From the human T2T-CHM13v2.0 reference genome, Homo sapiens, in the NCBI RefSeq assembly GCF_009914755.1, contig NC_060933.1: DNA of 64,000 bases; one strand, given 5' to 3'. The notes beneath the pieces were generated by a model. That model saw only the letters and a program-made list of their open reading frames with translations. It ran no database searches and was not told where the DNA came from. Positions 13,076 through 26,309 of the stretch are shown one piece after another. Both the position numbers and the translations under genes were made by a program. Numbering within the stretch: the stretch's first letter is position 1; each line of letters opens with the position of its first letter.

Positions 13076-14435
13076 TCAACTTACCTAGTTTTTTAGCAAT
13101 AGATCTTTATGCTCTTTGTACTTGATGTACTTTTGACACTTGTGCATCTTAGAGAAATTACTCTTCCTGTGTATTACATCATACTATTAATAATGTCATG
13201 GTAGAAGATGCGCTGAAAGCTTGCCTCATGTTTGCACAGTTACTTTATTTTTAATTGCCACCATGTTGCAGTTAGTATTTTTTTAATGATCCCATTCATC
13301 CAAAAGTAAACTTCATTTGTGAAGAATCTAAGTGAGTGCCAAGTTAACTGTCCTTAAATGTCCTCATGTAGCAACATGAGAGTTTTACATGGGGCTTCAA
13401 TGACCTTGTATTTCATTGTTTTTGATATAATATTTTTCCTAATATTTAAGCAGATATGTGTGTGTGTTTCTGTGTGTATATGTATACATGTGGAGGGGAG
13501 TAAGTGCAGCTGTACAATGTGCAGGAACATATCTGTTCATTTTCTAAGTTGGTGTATTTCAAAAATGTGCTTTTATGGCCCTAAGGACTATCTAGAAAAA
13601 GTATAAAATAGGTTTGAATCATGCTACATTTCCAAGTTACCTAGAGGCTTTTATAGCAATCTCCGCTTCTTTTGTTCTCTTCCTCTTTTTCCATTGATTG
13701 GGTGTATAACTTGATTCAAGGTCGGCTAATAACAGGATGCACTAGCATTTTCACTCCATCTGTTCCCCTGAGCTGATGGTGAGGTTCTTCCTGCTATTAT
13801 TTTTGTTTTCCCCTGTGGATCAACAAAGGAAATAAGATACAAAGTTTTGGATTTTGACTTACAGATATGTAGAAGGCCCACATTTAGCCTCTAAGTCTTT
13901 AGTTCTGAGCTACAGATCATTGCTTTTGAGATGTGAAATATTTGCATAGCTATTTATGATGACCCATTTATTAATATTTGTTGCTTAATTTGTATAAAAT
14001 TCTTCAGAGAAAAGCAATGGTGATTAATTGGACAAGAATTTAGCATTTGTTTCCTACCAAAAAATAAACAGATAAGCAAATAAATATACACCAATTCCTA
14101 ACTCACATCACCTAAATAGCTGCTTGTTTACTGATCTACCTCTCTTGTCTACACTGAGGCGCATAAGTGTAAAGTGCCATTCATATACTCGATTTCACTG
14201 CTGACCATAGAAACAGGTAAAGAGTATACACACCACACTCATCTGCAAAATAATAAACATCAAGATAATATTTTTAAAAATATATAGTGTTTGACAACTT
14301 CATATTACAATGTTTGTTACACAGGATTAGGGAAGCTACTATAACTATTCACATCTATATATCTATTTATATCTCTATCATACAAAATATTGAATTTCCA
14401 ATTAATTTTACATTCTACATCAAGAACCAATGATA

Positions 14436-14710
14436 GGAGTGATGTCAGCAGAAATGGTCAAGTAAGCCCCTCTAATGTTTTGTCCCACTCCAGAAACACT
14501 GAAAAACCTGACAACAATTGTCAGAACTATATCAGAACTCTGGAACAGAGTCCAATGTTTATAGCAACCGTGTGAATTCTTAAACAGAAGAAAGATAATT
14601 TAAATGGAGTGAGAGAGTTCTGTAGCATTTTGACTTAGCTTTGCCCACTCTCCCTTTCTGGCATGGTAGCTAGTTTTGAGATGGCAACACTTGGAGTATG
14701 AGTAACTGGT
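14436..14710 (+). mobile_element. Old L1M 5'-end (L1M4-type 5'UTR) fragment
   Basis: gagtgatgtcagcagaaatgg...tgtcagaactatatcagaactctggaa...tttatagcaacc resembles the L1M4/L1MB 5' end. Confidence 0.55.
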
Positions 14711-14966
14711 GTGAAAATCAATTTAAAAAATTAAAAGCTGCTGGAACCCCCTCAAACACTTTCAGACTTTAGAGAGATGTGACTGTGATTTGAGTCACGT
14801 AGTATGTAGTTGCAACTTCTGCTTCTTAGATTATAGATGAACTAACTATCACATTTTTCTTGTTCTGTAAATGACTTAGGAGAGACAAGACCTCCTCCCC
14901 TTCTAATCACTGACCTTTATCATAGATTAACTGCATCCTTTTTTGTCCTATATTTAACTCAGACCA
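14710..14966 (+). mobile_element. 3'-truncated ERV1-class LTR fragment (subfamily not assigned)
   Basis: Starts TGTGAAAATCAATTT...aaagctgctggaaccccc. LTR-like atagattaactg motifs. Ends abruptly at L1 ORF2 sequence. Confidence 0.55.
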
Positions 14967-16146
14967 CTAAATAGTATCATACACAAAAATTAACTCAAAA
15001 TTGATCAAAAACTTAAATGTAATGGCTAGAACTCTACAGCTCTTAGAATAAAACATAACAGTGACTCTTCATGCTCTTGGATTTGCAATGGTTTCCTAAA
15101 TATAATGCAAAAAGCATAACCAATAACAAAATATGTTGGACTTCACCAAAATAAAAAAAAAGTGCATCAAAGGACACTATCAAGAGAATGAAAAGACAAC
15201 CCACAAAATGAAAGAAAGTATTTGCAAATCATATAACTGATAAGTATCTAATATCCAGAATATATAAAGAACTCTTAAAATTCCACAATGAAAAGACCAA
15301 AAAAAACCCATATTCAACAATGAACAAATAACCTGAATAGATATTTTTCCAAGGAAAATATACAAATGACCAATAAGCACACGAAAAGATGATCAATGCC
15401 ATTAGTCATTGGGAAAAGCAAATCAAAACCACAATAAGATTTCACTTCACACCTTTTAGAGTGGTGTAATGAAATAAATAGGAGATAAAAAGTATGAGAG
15501 AATGTGGGGAAATTGAAACTGTCATAAAATGAAAATGATATATATAGTCACTTTGGAAAACAGTTTGGTAGTTCCTTAACGTGTTAAACATTAAATTACC
15601 ATTTGGCCCGGAAATTCCACTTCTAGGTGGAATTGGAAAGAGATATCCAAATAAAAATTTGTACATGAATGTTCATAGCAGCACTGTTTACAATAAACAA
15701 AAGGTGAAACAACTCAAATGCCCATCAACAGATGAATGCATGAACAAAATGTGGTAACAAAATACAGGAACGAGGTAATTTTATTAAGCCACAAAAAGTA
15801 CTGATACCTCCTACAACATGAATGAACCTTGAAAATATTATATGAAATGAAAGAAACCAGAGGCAAAAGGCCACATATTGTTTATCTTTATATGACGTAT
15901 CCCAAATAAGCAATTACACAGAGACAGAAAACAAATGAGTACTTGCCAGGGGCTGGGGGTAAGATGAAAATAGGGAGTGATTGCTTAATGCCTTTTTTTG
16001 GAATTGATGAAGTAATTCTGGAACTAGATAGTGGTGATGGTTGCTCAACATTGTGAACGTACACAATGCCAATGAATTCTATACTTCAAAATAAGTGGTA
16101 GATTTTATATTACCTGTAGTTTACCATAATAAAAATATGCTGAAAT
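14967..16146 (+). mobile_element. L1MB-type ORF2 3' part and 3'UTR
   Basis: catacacaaaaattaactcaaaattgatc... through ctggaactagatagtggtgatggttgctcaacattgtgaacgtac...ttaccataataaaa. Confidence 0.85.
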
Positions 16147-16564
16147 AAAACAATGGTAACCTATTTTTTCTCACTTCTACCTGAGAACAAGCTATATAAG
16201 AGAATCTATTGAATCTCTGGCATTAACTCTATGAGGTACAATAAACAATTTCTAAGACTCAATCAGTGACTTATTTCAGAATTATTTGAGAAAATGAAGA
16301 CATGGAAGAAATTTTAATAGTCACTCAGAATTTGTCACAATTACGTCCAAAGTAGTCACACAGCACTCCTAAGAGAGAGAGACAAAAATGTGAAATCTGC
16401 TATATTTAAATATTTTTCCTAAAACCGAAAAAACACACAACTTAATATATTTAGTAATAAAATAAAATCCATGATTTATGAAATAACCAAGAATAGTCAT
16501 TCAGTCAAAATCAATGGTCTTATGATCTTGGTGCAGTAACTAAAACGTTATTTATATTTTCTAA

Positions 16565-16722
16565 AATCAAAAGATGAATGTATAAATATAACGTGGTATA
16601 ACCATACAATGTGGTGTTATTCAGCCCTAAAAAGTACCGATACCTGCTACAACATGGATGAATCTTGAAAGCATTATGTTAAGTGAAAGAAACCAGAGAC
16701 AAAAGGCCACATATTGCTTAAT
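16565..16722 (+). mobile_element. Short L1MB 3'UTR fragment
   Basis: aagtaccgatacctgctacaacatggatgaatcttgaaagcattatgttaagtgaaagaaaccagagacaaaaggccacatattg. Confidence 0.75.
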
Positions 16723-17259
16723 ATCAATTACTCTTGGGAAATTGATCCATATTCTTGTAAAAGATTCAGAAATTATCATAACAAAATATTACTGTTTGAA
16801 TCACAGAATCCTCTACACTTGCTCTTTGGTGTGGTGTCTCCCAGCTTAGGCCACTTCCTGATAAACTGTCCTCACTCCCTTCCCCTTTCTTTAAGATAAA
16901 TATTGTGTTTATCTTAAGAATGACATTTGAAGTGATGAAATTTAAAGAATTATATTCTAGGCTTCCCAATATAAGAAAAACAGAATAAGTTATAGAATAT
17001 TTTAACTAGACATATCTTTAGTAATTTATATAGTTTTCTAATTATTTTAGAAAACTGATTTCTAGAGATTTAAAACATATTATTTCTTACCTAAAGTCAC
17101 ACAGAAAATTAGGAACAGAGCTGGGTTATAAGACATCAGGCCTCCAATATAGTGCTTCTTAATTTTTGCTTCCTGTATGTTTCCTATTACTTCTATAACT
17201 CCTCTCTAATAATTCTTTTTTAAGGTTAAAAATCACTTTTATTTACAATTTTAATGGGT

Positions 17260-18780
17260 AGTTTAACTAGAGTGATCATAAAAGGACACTCTGAAGAAGC
17301 GATGTTTGAGTTATGTTTAAGCGATGAGAAAGAGGCATCTATTCAAATACTTAGGTAAAGAGTGTCCTGAACAAAGGAGGAGTGAGTAACCAATGAGAGA
17401 ATGAGCTTTAAATACATTAGAATGAGATCTCTGTAGCTGGAACATGGTGAAAGGAGAAACAGGAGAGAGGTGAGTTTAGACAGGTAGGCAGGTAGGCAGT
17501 GGCCAGAGCATGCAGAGCCCATAGGCTATGGGAAGAGTTTTCCTTTATTTTAATAGTAATAATAATAATAACAATAAAAAACATGACAGCCTGAGGTGGT
17601 GGCTCACACCTGTAATCCCAGCACTTTGGGAAGCTGAGGCAGGAGGATTGCTTGAGGTTAGTAGATTGAGGCCAGTAGTTTGAGACCAGCCTAAACAACA
17701 AAACGAGACCCCTGTCTCTCCAAAAAAAAAAAAAAAAAAAAAAAAACTGAAAAATTAGCCAGTAATGTATGCCTGTAGCCCCAGCCATTCCAGAGGCTGA
17801 GGTGGGAAGATGGCTTGAGTCCAGGAGTTCAAGGCTGTAGTGAACTATGATTGTGTCACTGCACTCCAGCCTGGGCTACAGAGCAAGATCCTGTCTCATA
17901 AAATAAACAAACAAACAAAATAAACAAAAAAGAAAACCTGGAGGATTTTTAGAGGTAAATAACAACTCTGATTAAAATTTTAAAATATTAATCCATAGAT
18001 GACTGTTCTATGAAGGATGATGAGAGAGATGATAGCATCTTTGAACAGGGTTGTATCGACAGAGATGCATGGAGAAAAAAAAAAAATGGTCTTATCCAGG
18101 ATATATTTTGGAGGTAGTCCCAGAAATGTCCACTGAAAGATTGGATGTAGGTTTTCAAACAGACAAAATCTAGGTGGATGTTATTGACACGATTTGGAAA
18201 AAGAAATCAATGGTTAGATTTTGGCCACATGAAATAGGAGCTTTCAATTATACATCCCAATGGAGATGTAATGTAGTAAGCTGGATGCTTAAGTCTTATA
18301 TGTCTAAGTCAAGAGAGAGGATATGTAAGTTTGAATGCTCTCAGTTTGTTTCCTTGAATCTTGTAATTAGATTAGGTTACTTAGGGACAAAGGAAACAGG
18401 GCAGTTCACCAGAGAGCTCCTTAGGGTACTCTAACATTTAAAAGTCTGTAACAAAGAATTAATGAGAAAGGAAAAGTGGAAAATAATTCCCATTGGAAAA
18501 GTAAAAATCTTGAGACATCTTCAGAAGCTTTCAAGAAAAATGTTTCAAATAAGAGTGTAGTGAACTGTGTCAAGTGCCTCTCAGAAGTCATGTAGAATGG
18601 AGATGGGGAATTGACTACTGTGTTTGCCAAAATGTAGATTATAACAGCTGAAATAATGAGCAGTGGAATTGAGAACCCAATGGAGTAAAGATATCTAGTA
18701 AGGAAGGAGAAACAACTATTTTTGAAATGTTTAGCTGTGTATAACACAGGTAAATGGGGCATCTGCTGGAGTTAGAAGTT
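17260..18780 (-). mobile_element. L2 (LINE-2) relic, interrupted by AluJ
   Basis: Purine-rich decayed L2-type sequence (gatatattttggaggtag..., gtgaactgtgtcaagtgcc..., ggaattgactactg). Limits and strand approximate. Confidence 0.55.
17588..17936 (+). mobile_element. AluJ with expanded A25 linker and a small tandem duplication
   Basis: J-type ggaggattgcttgag / ggagttcaaggctgtagtga. A25 at 17722-17746. ttgaggttagtaga-ttgaggccagtag duplication. (AAAC)n tail. Confidence 0.93.
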
Positions 18781-19269
18781 CATGAGCAAAGGCACATGAT
18801 GGCATGCAATTTACCAGTATGCATTGTTCCTCTAAAAAATTATGAAAGGTATACTTTTATTGAACTGTTTCCAGATAAGAAATCTGGCTCAGTGACTTTG
18901 CTGAACAGCCCAATTGACCATAAAACAGGATGATTTCTGAAACTTAAATTCTAAATAAAGTGTCTAAACTCCAAAGATCACTCCTTTTTGGTGTATGATC
19001 CAAGGAAACCAATTTTTCAAATTCATTTTTAAAAAGCAAGTTAGTATATGAGTCCCAGCAATTCTGTATCTGTGTGCATGTTCCTCAGTGTTTATGCGAT
19101 AAAAGAACTGGACATAGCTTTTGGCTATGTCTTCTTGCCTTGACACTGAAAGGGTTAAAGCACAATTGCATAGTACTTGTGTACTTAAATGTATGTTGAA
19201 TTATTCACATGAATAATTCTATTGTGCTGGAGTTAGTATGGAAGAGATGACTAGATATCTATCAGAATT

Positions 19270-19678
19270 TTGTGGCTCTCTACCATGGGGTAGAGATATG
19301 TTTAGAAATGACATTCTGGCCCCAATTTCCTCTCTTCTTTCATCTGGATAACACTATGTAAATAATTCTTACCAGTGCATTTTGAATACAGGAAATATAT
19401 GTCAGTGCTAGATCAAAGTGATTCAGAAGCAGATATCCATTCATCATTTTTTTTCCATTTCCTATGGACATGATCAATGTAGACAAATCTGATGCCCCAG
19501 AAGTAGTCATTTCCATATAATGGACAGGGTCCGGGGGCTTGAATGTCCCTGTAGAAGGCCACTTATAGATAAGGATCATGATACTCAACTTTATGTGAGC
19601 AAGAAATAAATATCTATCAAACCACTAGGGTTTTAAAATTTAGGTATTGCAACAACTATAGTTATCTGTACTAATGCA
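19270..19678 (+). mobile_element. Old MLT1-type MaLR LTR
   Basis: The 3' end gtgagcaagaaataaatatctatcaaaccactagggttt...attgcaacaac...ctaatgca matches MLT1 LTR ends. Confidence 0.55.
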
Positions 19679-21414
19679 CTCAGCTTAGGCTAAATCACTC
19701 TATCAAATTCTTTAGAATTGTAGAGTCATAAATAGTTTGAGAATATTTGGACATAGTAATATTGGTGTTATGTTCAACAACATAAACGTCTTGCTGCTGA
19801 AAGGATGGAAGATTTTATAAATTTTGCATGTGATTTTGCTGCCTTCTGGGTGTCATGAAGCAGAACTATCAGAGTACAGTTAAAAAAAACTGATAAAATA
19901 AAAAGCACTAGCCTAGCTAGCAACTGCAGTGTGACAAATAGGTGCTAGGCAATTTTCCCTACTGACTATGAAAAAACAAGTTCAATGAAGAAACATTTTC
20001 TCATAAAATACTAGTTTGTAAAATCAAGTGTTCTTTGAATATCTCTTTTATTTCATTTATAAATATCACATGAAAAAAGGATAGTGTGGCGGGGCCAAGA
20101 TGGCTGACTAGAAACAGTGGCATTTGAAGGCTCTCATAGAAAAAAACCATAATAAGCACGTGAATCCTTCACTGGCAACCAAGGTATCCAGGTTGTCTCA
20201 TCAGAACTGACTAGAAGGCTGCTGTGACCCATGGAGAAAAGGAAGAACAGTGCAATGTGGCAGCCCACATGAAGCCACAGAGGGCAGAGGAGCCCCCTCT
20301 CCCCACACAAAGGAGGTGGTGAGTGAGTGTGCTACACAGCCAGGGAAACCGTGCTTTATCCATGGAACTCTGCAATCCGCAGATCCAAAGAGCCCACTCG
20401 CAAACCCATGCTACCAGGGCCTAGCGTCCAAACCCCAGTATGCACAGTTTCTCAGCAGCATCTCAGCTAGAATCTGCGTAAGCATACCAAACTCCTGGGG
20501 GGAGGGACAACCAGCACCTTAGGTGTGGCTGCCTGCTGTTTAAGCCATTTGAGCTCCTTGAGGGAGGGGCAGCAGCCAGCACTGGGACTCACAACTGCCT
20601 AACACACTAAGCTTACAGGGCAGGGGAAGGGCAGCAGCCATCTCTATAGCTCCAGGCTGCACTTTTCCCCTGCTGGAGCCAGGGAGGCTGGATGGCTTGG
20701 TCCCCCAAGACTTGTCTCCCACAGCCCAACATACCAGCTGTGGCAGTCTGAGGCCAGAGTGTCTCTTCAGGCCTTACCCTGACCCATCCTTCTTCACTGG
20801 GTGGGGCTTTTCTGCAGGAAGTCCAATAACTCCATTTAGAGGCTCAGGGACAGAACCCCGATCTCCCTGGGCCTGAGGCCCTAGGGGGAGGGGTGACCAC
20901 AGCCTCTGCAGACCAGCAGACTTAGCCTTTCCTTCTGGTAGTTCTGAGGAATCCAGGCAGCTCAGATGAGTGGATTACCCACCAGCAAAGCACACCCCCT
21001 CCACCAAGGGACAATGTGCTTTGCTAAACAGGTCCTGTTCCCATGCTACCCAATTGGGTGAGACCCTCCAACAGGGGTTGTCAGACACCCTATACAGGTG
21101 CAATCCTACTGGCATCAGGTTGGTGCCCTTCAAGATCAGATGTCCCAGAAGAAGGAGCAGGCACCCATCTTTGCTGTTCTCTAGCCTCCTTGAGTGACAT
21201 ATCCAGGTGCACGAGTGAATCAGATGAATAGGGCCTGAAGTCAACCCCTAGCAAACTGTAGCAGCCTTGCAGAAGAAGGACCTGACCATTGAAAGAAAAA
21301 CAAACAAGCAGAAAGCAACAACAAAACCATCAGCAACAACAACACAAAGCCCCCACAAAAACCCCATCCAAGGGTCAGCAGCCTCAAAAACTGAAACTAG
21401 ACAAACTCATGAAG

Positions 21415-22500
21415 ATGAGAAAGAATCAATGTAAAAATTCTGAAAACCTAAATGGTCAGAGTGCCTCTTCTTCTCCAAATGATCGCAACATCTCTCCATC
21501 AAGGTCAGAGAACTGGATGAAGGACCAGATAGATGAATTGACAGAAGTAGGCTTCAGAAGGTGGGTAATAAAAAACTACACTGAGCTAAAGGAGTATGTT
21601 CTAACCCAATGCAAAGAAGCTAAGAACCTTGATAAAAGGTTAGTGGAATTGCTAACTATAACCAGTTTAGAGAGGAAAATAAACAACCTGAGGGAGCTGA
21701 AAAACAGAGCACAAGAACTTCATGAAGCATACACAAGTATCAATAGCTAAATCGACCAAGTGGAAGACAGAATATCAGAGTTTGAAGACCACCTTGCTGA
21801 AATAGGGCATGCAGACAAGACTAGAGAAAAAGAATGAGAATGAACATGAATGAATGAAGCTGCCAGGAAATATGGGACTTCATAAAAAGACCAAACCTAC
21901 AATTGATTGAAGTACCAGAAGGAGACTGGGAGAATGGAAACAAGCTGGAAAACACACTTCAGGATATTATCCAGGAGCATTTCCCCAACCTAGCAAGACA
22001 GGCCAACATGCAAATTCAGGAAATACAGAGAACACCATTTAGATACTCCATGATAAGATCAACCCCAGGACACATAATCATCAGATTTTCCAAGGTCAAA
22101 ATGAAGGAAAAACTGTTAAGGGCAGCCAGAGAGAAAGGCCTGGTCATCTACAAAGGGAAGCCCATCAGACTAACAGCAGACTTCTCAGCAGAAACTCTAC
22201 AAGCCAGAAGAGATTGGGGCCAATATTCAACATTCCTTAAAAAAAAAAAAAAAAAGGAATTTTCAACCCAGAATTTCATATCCAGCCAAACTAAGCTTCA
22301 TAAACAAAGGAGAAATAAAATCCTTTGCAGACAAGCAAATGCTGAGGAATCTCACTACCACCAGGCCTGCCCTGCAAGAGCTCCTGAAAGAAGCACTAAA
22401 CATGTAAAGGAAAAACCGGTACCAGCCACTGTGAAAACACAGCAAAATATAAAGTCTAATGACACTATGAAGAAACTGCATCAACTAGTGTGAAAAATAA
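21415..22500 (+). pseudogene. L1 ORF1p remnant (stops and frameshifts)
   Basis: MRKNQCKNSEN...ELTEVGFRRWVIKNYTELKEYVL and LENTLQDIIQEHFPNLARQANMQIQEIQRTP...IIIRFSKV fragments. A17 run at 22239-22255. Confidence 0.9.
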
Positions 22501-22514
22501 AAAATTGCATCGTG

Positions 22515-25500
22515 ATGACAGGATCAAATTCACACATAACAATACTAACCTTAAATGTAAATGGGCTAAATGCCCCAATTAATAGACAGACTGGCAAATT
22601 GGAGAGTCAAGAACCATCGGTGTGCTGTATTTAGGAGGCTCATCTCAACGTGCAAAGACTCACGTAGACTCAAAATAAAGGGTTGGAGGAAATCTTACCA
22701 TGCAAGGAAAGAAAGAAAAAAAAAGCAGGGTTGTAATTCCAGTCTTTGACAAAACAGATTTTAAACCAACCTAGATCAAAAAAGACAAAGTAGGCCATTA
22801 TATAATGGTAAATGGAACAACTAAGAGCTATTTGAAATATATATGTACCCAATACAGGAGCACCCAGGTTCATAAAACAAGTTCTTAAAGACCTACAAAG
22901 AGACTTAGACTCCCATACAATTTCTGTGGGAGACTTTAACACCCCACTGTCAATACGAGACAGATCAAGACAGAAAATTTATAAGGATATTCAGTACTTG
23001 CACTTAGCTCTGGATCAAATGGACCTGGTAGATGTCTCCAGAACTCTCTACCCCAAATCAACAGAATATAAATTCTTCTCAGTGCCAAATGGCACTTATT
23101 ATAATTGACGATGTAATTGGAAGTAAAACACTCCTCTGTAAATACAAAAGAAATGGTATGATAACAAACAGTCTCCCAGACCACAGTGAAATCAAATTAG
23201 AACTCAGGATTAAGGAACTCACTCAAAACCACACAATTACAGGAAAATTGAACAACCTGCTCCTGAATGACTTGGGTAAATAATGAAATTAAAGCAGAAA
23301 TTAAGAAGTTATTTGAAACCAATGAGAACAAAAAGACAACATACCATAATCTCTAGGACACAGCTAAAGCAGTGTTAAGAGGGAAATTTGTAGCAATAAA
23401 TGCCCACATCAGAAAGCTAGAAAGATCTGAAATCGACACCCTAACATCACAATTAAAAGAGCTAGAGAGCCAAGGACAAACCTTTGCAAAATCTAGTAGA
23501 AGAAAATAAATAACTAAGATCAGAGAAGAATTGAGGGAGATAGAGATATGAAATACCCTCCAAAAAATTAATGAATCCAGGAGGTGGTGTTTTGAAAAAA
23601 TTAACAAAATGATAGACTGCTAGCTAGACTAATGAAAGGGGAGAAGAATCAAATAGACACAATAAAAAATGACAAAGCGAATGCCACCACTGACCCCACA
23701 GAAATACAAACTACCCTCAGAGAATACTATAAACACCTCTACGCAAATAAACTAGAAAATCTGGAAGAAAAGGATAACTTACTGGACACATACACCCTTT
23801 GAAGACTAAACCAGGAAGAAATCCAGTCCCTGAATAGACCAATAACAAGTTCTGAAATTGAGACAGTAATTAATAGCCTACCAACAACAACAAAAAAAAA
23901 AAGCCCAGGACCAGATGAATTCATAGCTGAATTCTACCAGAAACACAAAGAGGAGCTGGTACTCTTCCTTCTGAAACTATTCCAAATAATTGAAAAGGAG
24001 AGACTCCTCCCTAACTCATTTTATGAAGCCAGCATCATCCTGATAGCAAAACCAGGAAGAGACACAACAAAAAAGAAAACTTCAGTCCAATATCCCTGAA
24101 GAACATCGATGTGAAAATCCTCAGTAAAATGGTGGCAAACTGAATTCAGCAGCACATCAAGAAACTTATCCACAACGATCAAGTTGGCATCACCCCCTGG
24201 GATGCAAGGCTGGTTCAGCATACCCAAATCAATAAACATAATCCATCACATATACAGAACCCAAGAAAAAACCACGATTCTCTCAACAAATGCATAAAAG
24301 TCCTTGGATAAAATTCAACATCCCTTCATGTTAAAGACTCTAAATAAACTAGGTATTGATGGAACATCTCTCAAAATAATAAGAGCTACAAACTTACAGC
24401 CAATATCATGTTGAATGGGCAAAAGCTGGAAGCATTCCCTTTGAAAACTAGTATAAGACAAGGATGCCCCCTCTTGCCACAGCTATTCAACATAGTGTTG
24501 GAAGTTCTGGCCAGGGCAATCAGACAAGAGAAAGAAATAAAGGTATTCAAATAGGAAGAGAGGAAGTCAAATTGTCTCTGTTAGCAGACAACATAATTTT
24601 ATATTTAGAAAACCCCATCATCTCAGCCCCAAAACTACTTAAACTGATAAGAAACTTCAGCAAAGTTTCAGGATACAAAATCCATGTGCAAAGTCACAAG
24701 CATTCTTTTACACCATCAATAGACAATCAGAGAGCCAAATCATGAATGAACTCCCATTCACAACTGTTACAAAGAGAATAAAATATCTAGGAATACAGCT
24801 AACAAGGGATGTGAAGGACCTCTTCAAGTAGAACTATAAACCATTGATCAAGGAAATAAGAGAGGACACAAACAAATGGAAAATATTTCATCCTCATGGA
24901 TTGGAAGAATCAATGTCGTGAAAATGTTCATATTGCCCAAAGTAACTTATAGATTAAATGCTATTCCCATCAAACTACCATTGACATTCTTCACAGGATT
25001 AGAAAAAAAACTATTTTAAATTACATATGGAATCAAAGAAGACCCTGTACAGCCAAGACAATCCTAAGCCAAAAGAACAAACCTGGAGTCATCACACTAC
25101 CTGACTTCAAACTATACTACAAGGCTACAGTAACCAAAACAGCATAGTACTGGTACCAAAACAGATATATAGACCAATGGAACAGAAGAGAGACCTCAGA
25201 AATAACAGCATACCTCTACAACCATCTGATCTTCGATAAACCTGACAAAAACACGCAATAGGGAAAGGGTCTTCTATTCAGTAAATTGGGCTGAGAAAAC
25301 TGGCTAGCCATATTCAGAAAACTGAAACTGGACACCTTCCGTACACCTTATACAAAAATTAACTCAAGATGGATTAAAGACTTAAATGTAAAGCTCCAAA
25401 CCATAGAAACCCTAGAAAAAAACCTAGGAAATACCATTCAGCACATAGGCAAGGGCAAAGACTTCATGACAAAAAAGCCAAAAACAATTGCAACAAAAGC

Positions 25501-26309
25501 CAAAATTGACAATTTAAACTAATTGAACTAAAGATCTTCTGCACAGCAAAAGAAACTATCATCAGAGTGGATGGGCAACCTACAGAAGGGGAGAAAATGT
25601 TTGTAATCTATCCATTTGACAAAGGGCTAATATCCAGAATGTACAAGGAACTTGAAAAAATTTACATGAAAAAAGCAAACAACCCCATCCAAAAGTGGGC
25701 AAAGCATATGAAGAGACACTGCTCAAAAGAAGACATTTATGTGGCTAACAAACATATGAAAAAAAGCTCAACATCACTGATCATTAGAGAAATGCAAATT
25801 AAAACCACAATGAGATACCAGCTCATGCTAGTCAGAATGGCGATTATCAAAAATTCAGGAAACAATAGATGCTGGCAAGGCTTTGGAGAGATGGGAACGC
25901 TTTGACATTGTTGGTGGGAATGTAAATTAGTTCAACCATTGTGGAAGACAGTATGGCAATTCCTCAAGCATCTAGAACCAGAAATCTCATTTGACCCAGC
26001 AATCCCATTACTGAATATATACCCAAAGTAATATAAATCATTGTATTATAAAGACACATGTACACATATGTTTATTGCAGCACTATTTACAATAGCAGAG
26101 ACATGTAAACAACCCAAATGCCTATCAATGATAGACTGGATAAAGAAAATGTGGTACATATACACCATGGAATACTATGCAGCCATAAAAGGAATGAGAT
26201 CATGTCCTTTGCAGGGACGTGGATGAAGCTGGAAGCCATCATCCTCAGCAAACTAACACAGGAACAGAAAACCAAACACTGCATGTTCTCACTCATAAGT
26301 GGGAGTTGA
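22515..26309 (+). pseudogene. L1 ORF2p (EN/RT) remnant, multiply disrupted
   Basis: ATGACAGGATCAAATTCACAC start. [18 protein letters not shown] (FADD-equivalent mutated), NNRCW and FSLISGS-stop lie in different frames. Confidence 0.9.

Noticed and set aside
11639-14222. Isolated donor-like sites TCAG|GTAAGG (11639) and ACAG|GTAAAG (14216)
   Set aside because: No convincing paired acceptor or ORF; expected by chance in 64 kb.
15797-16722. Similar ~90-bp segments at 15797-15887 and 16632-16722 as a local duplication
   Set aside because: Both match the L1MB 3'UTR and differ at many positions; independent copies explain it.
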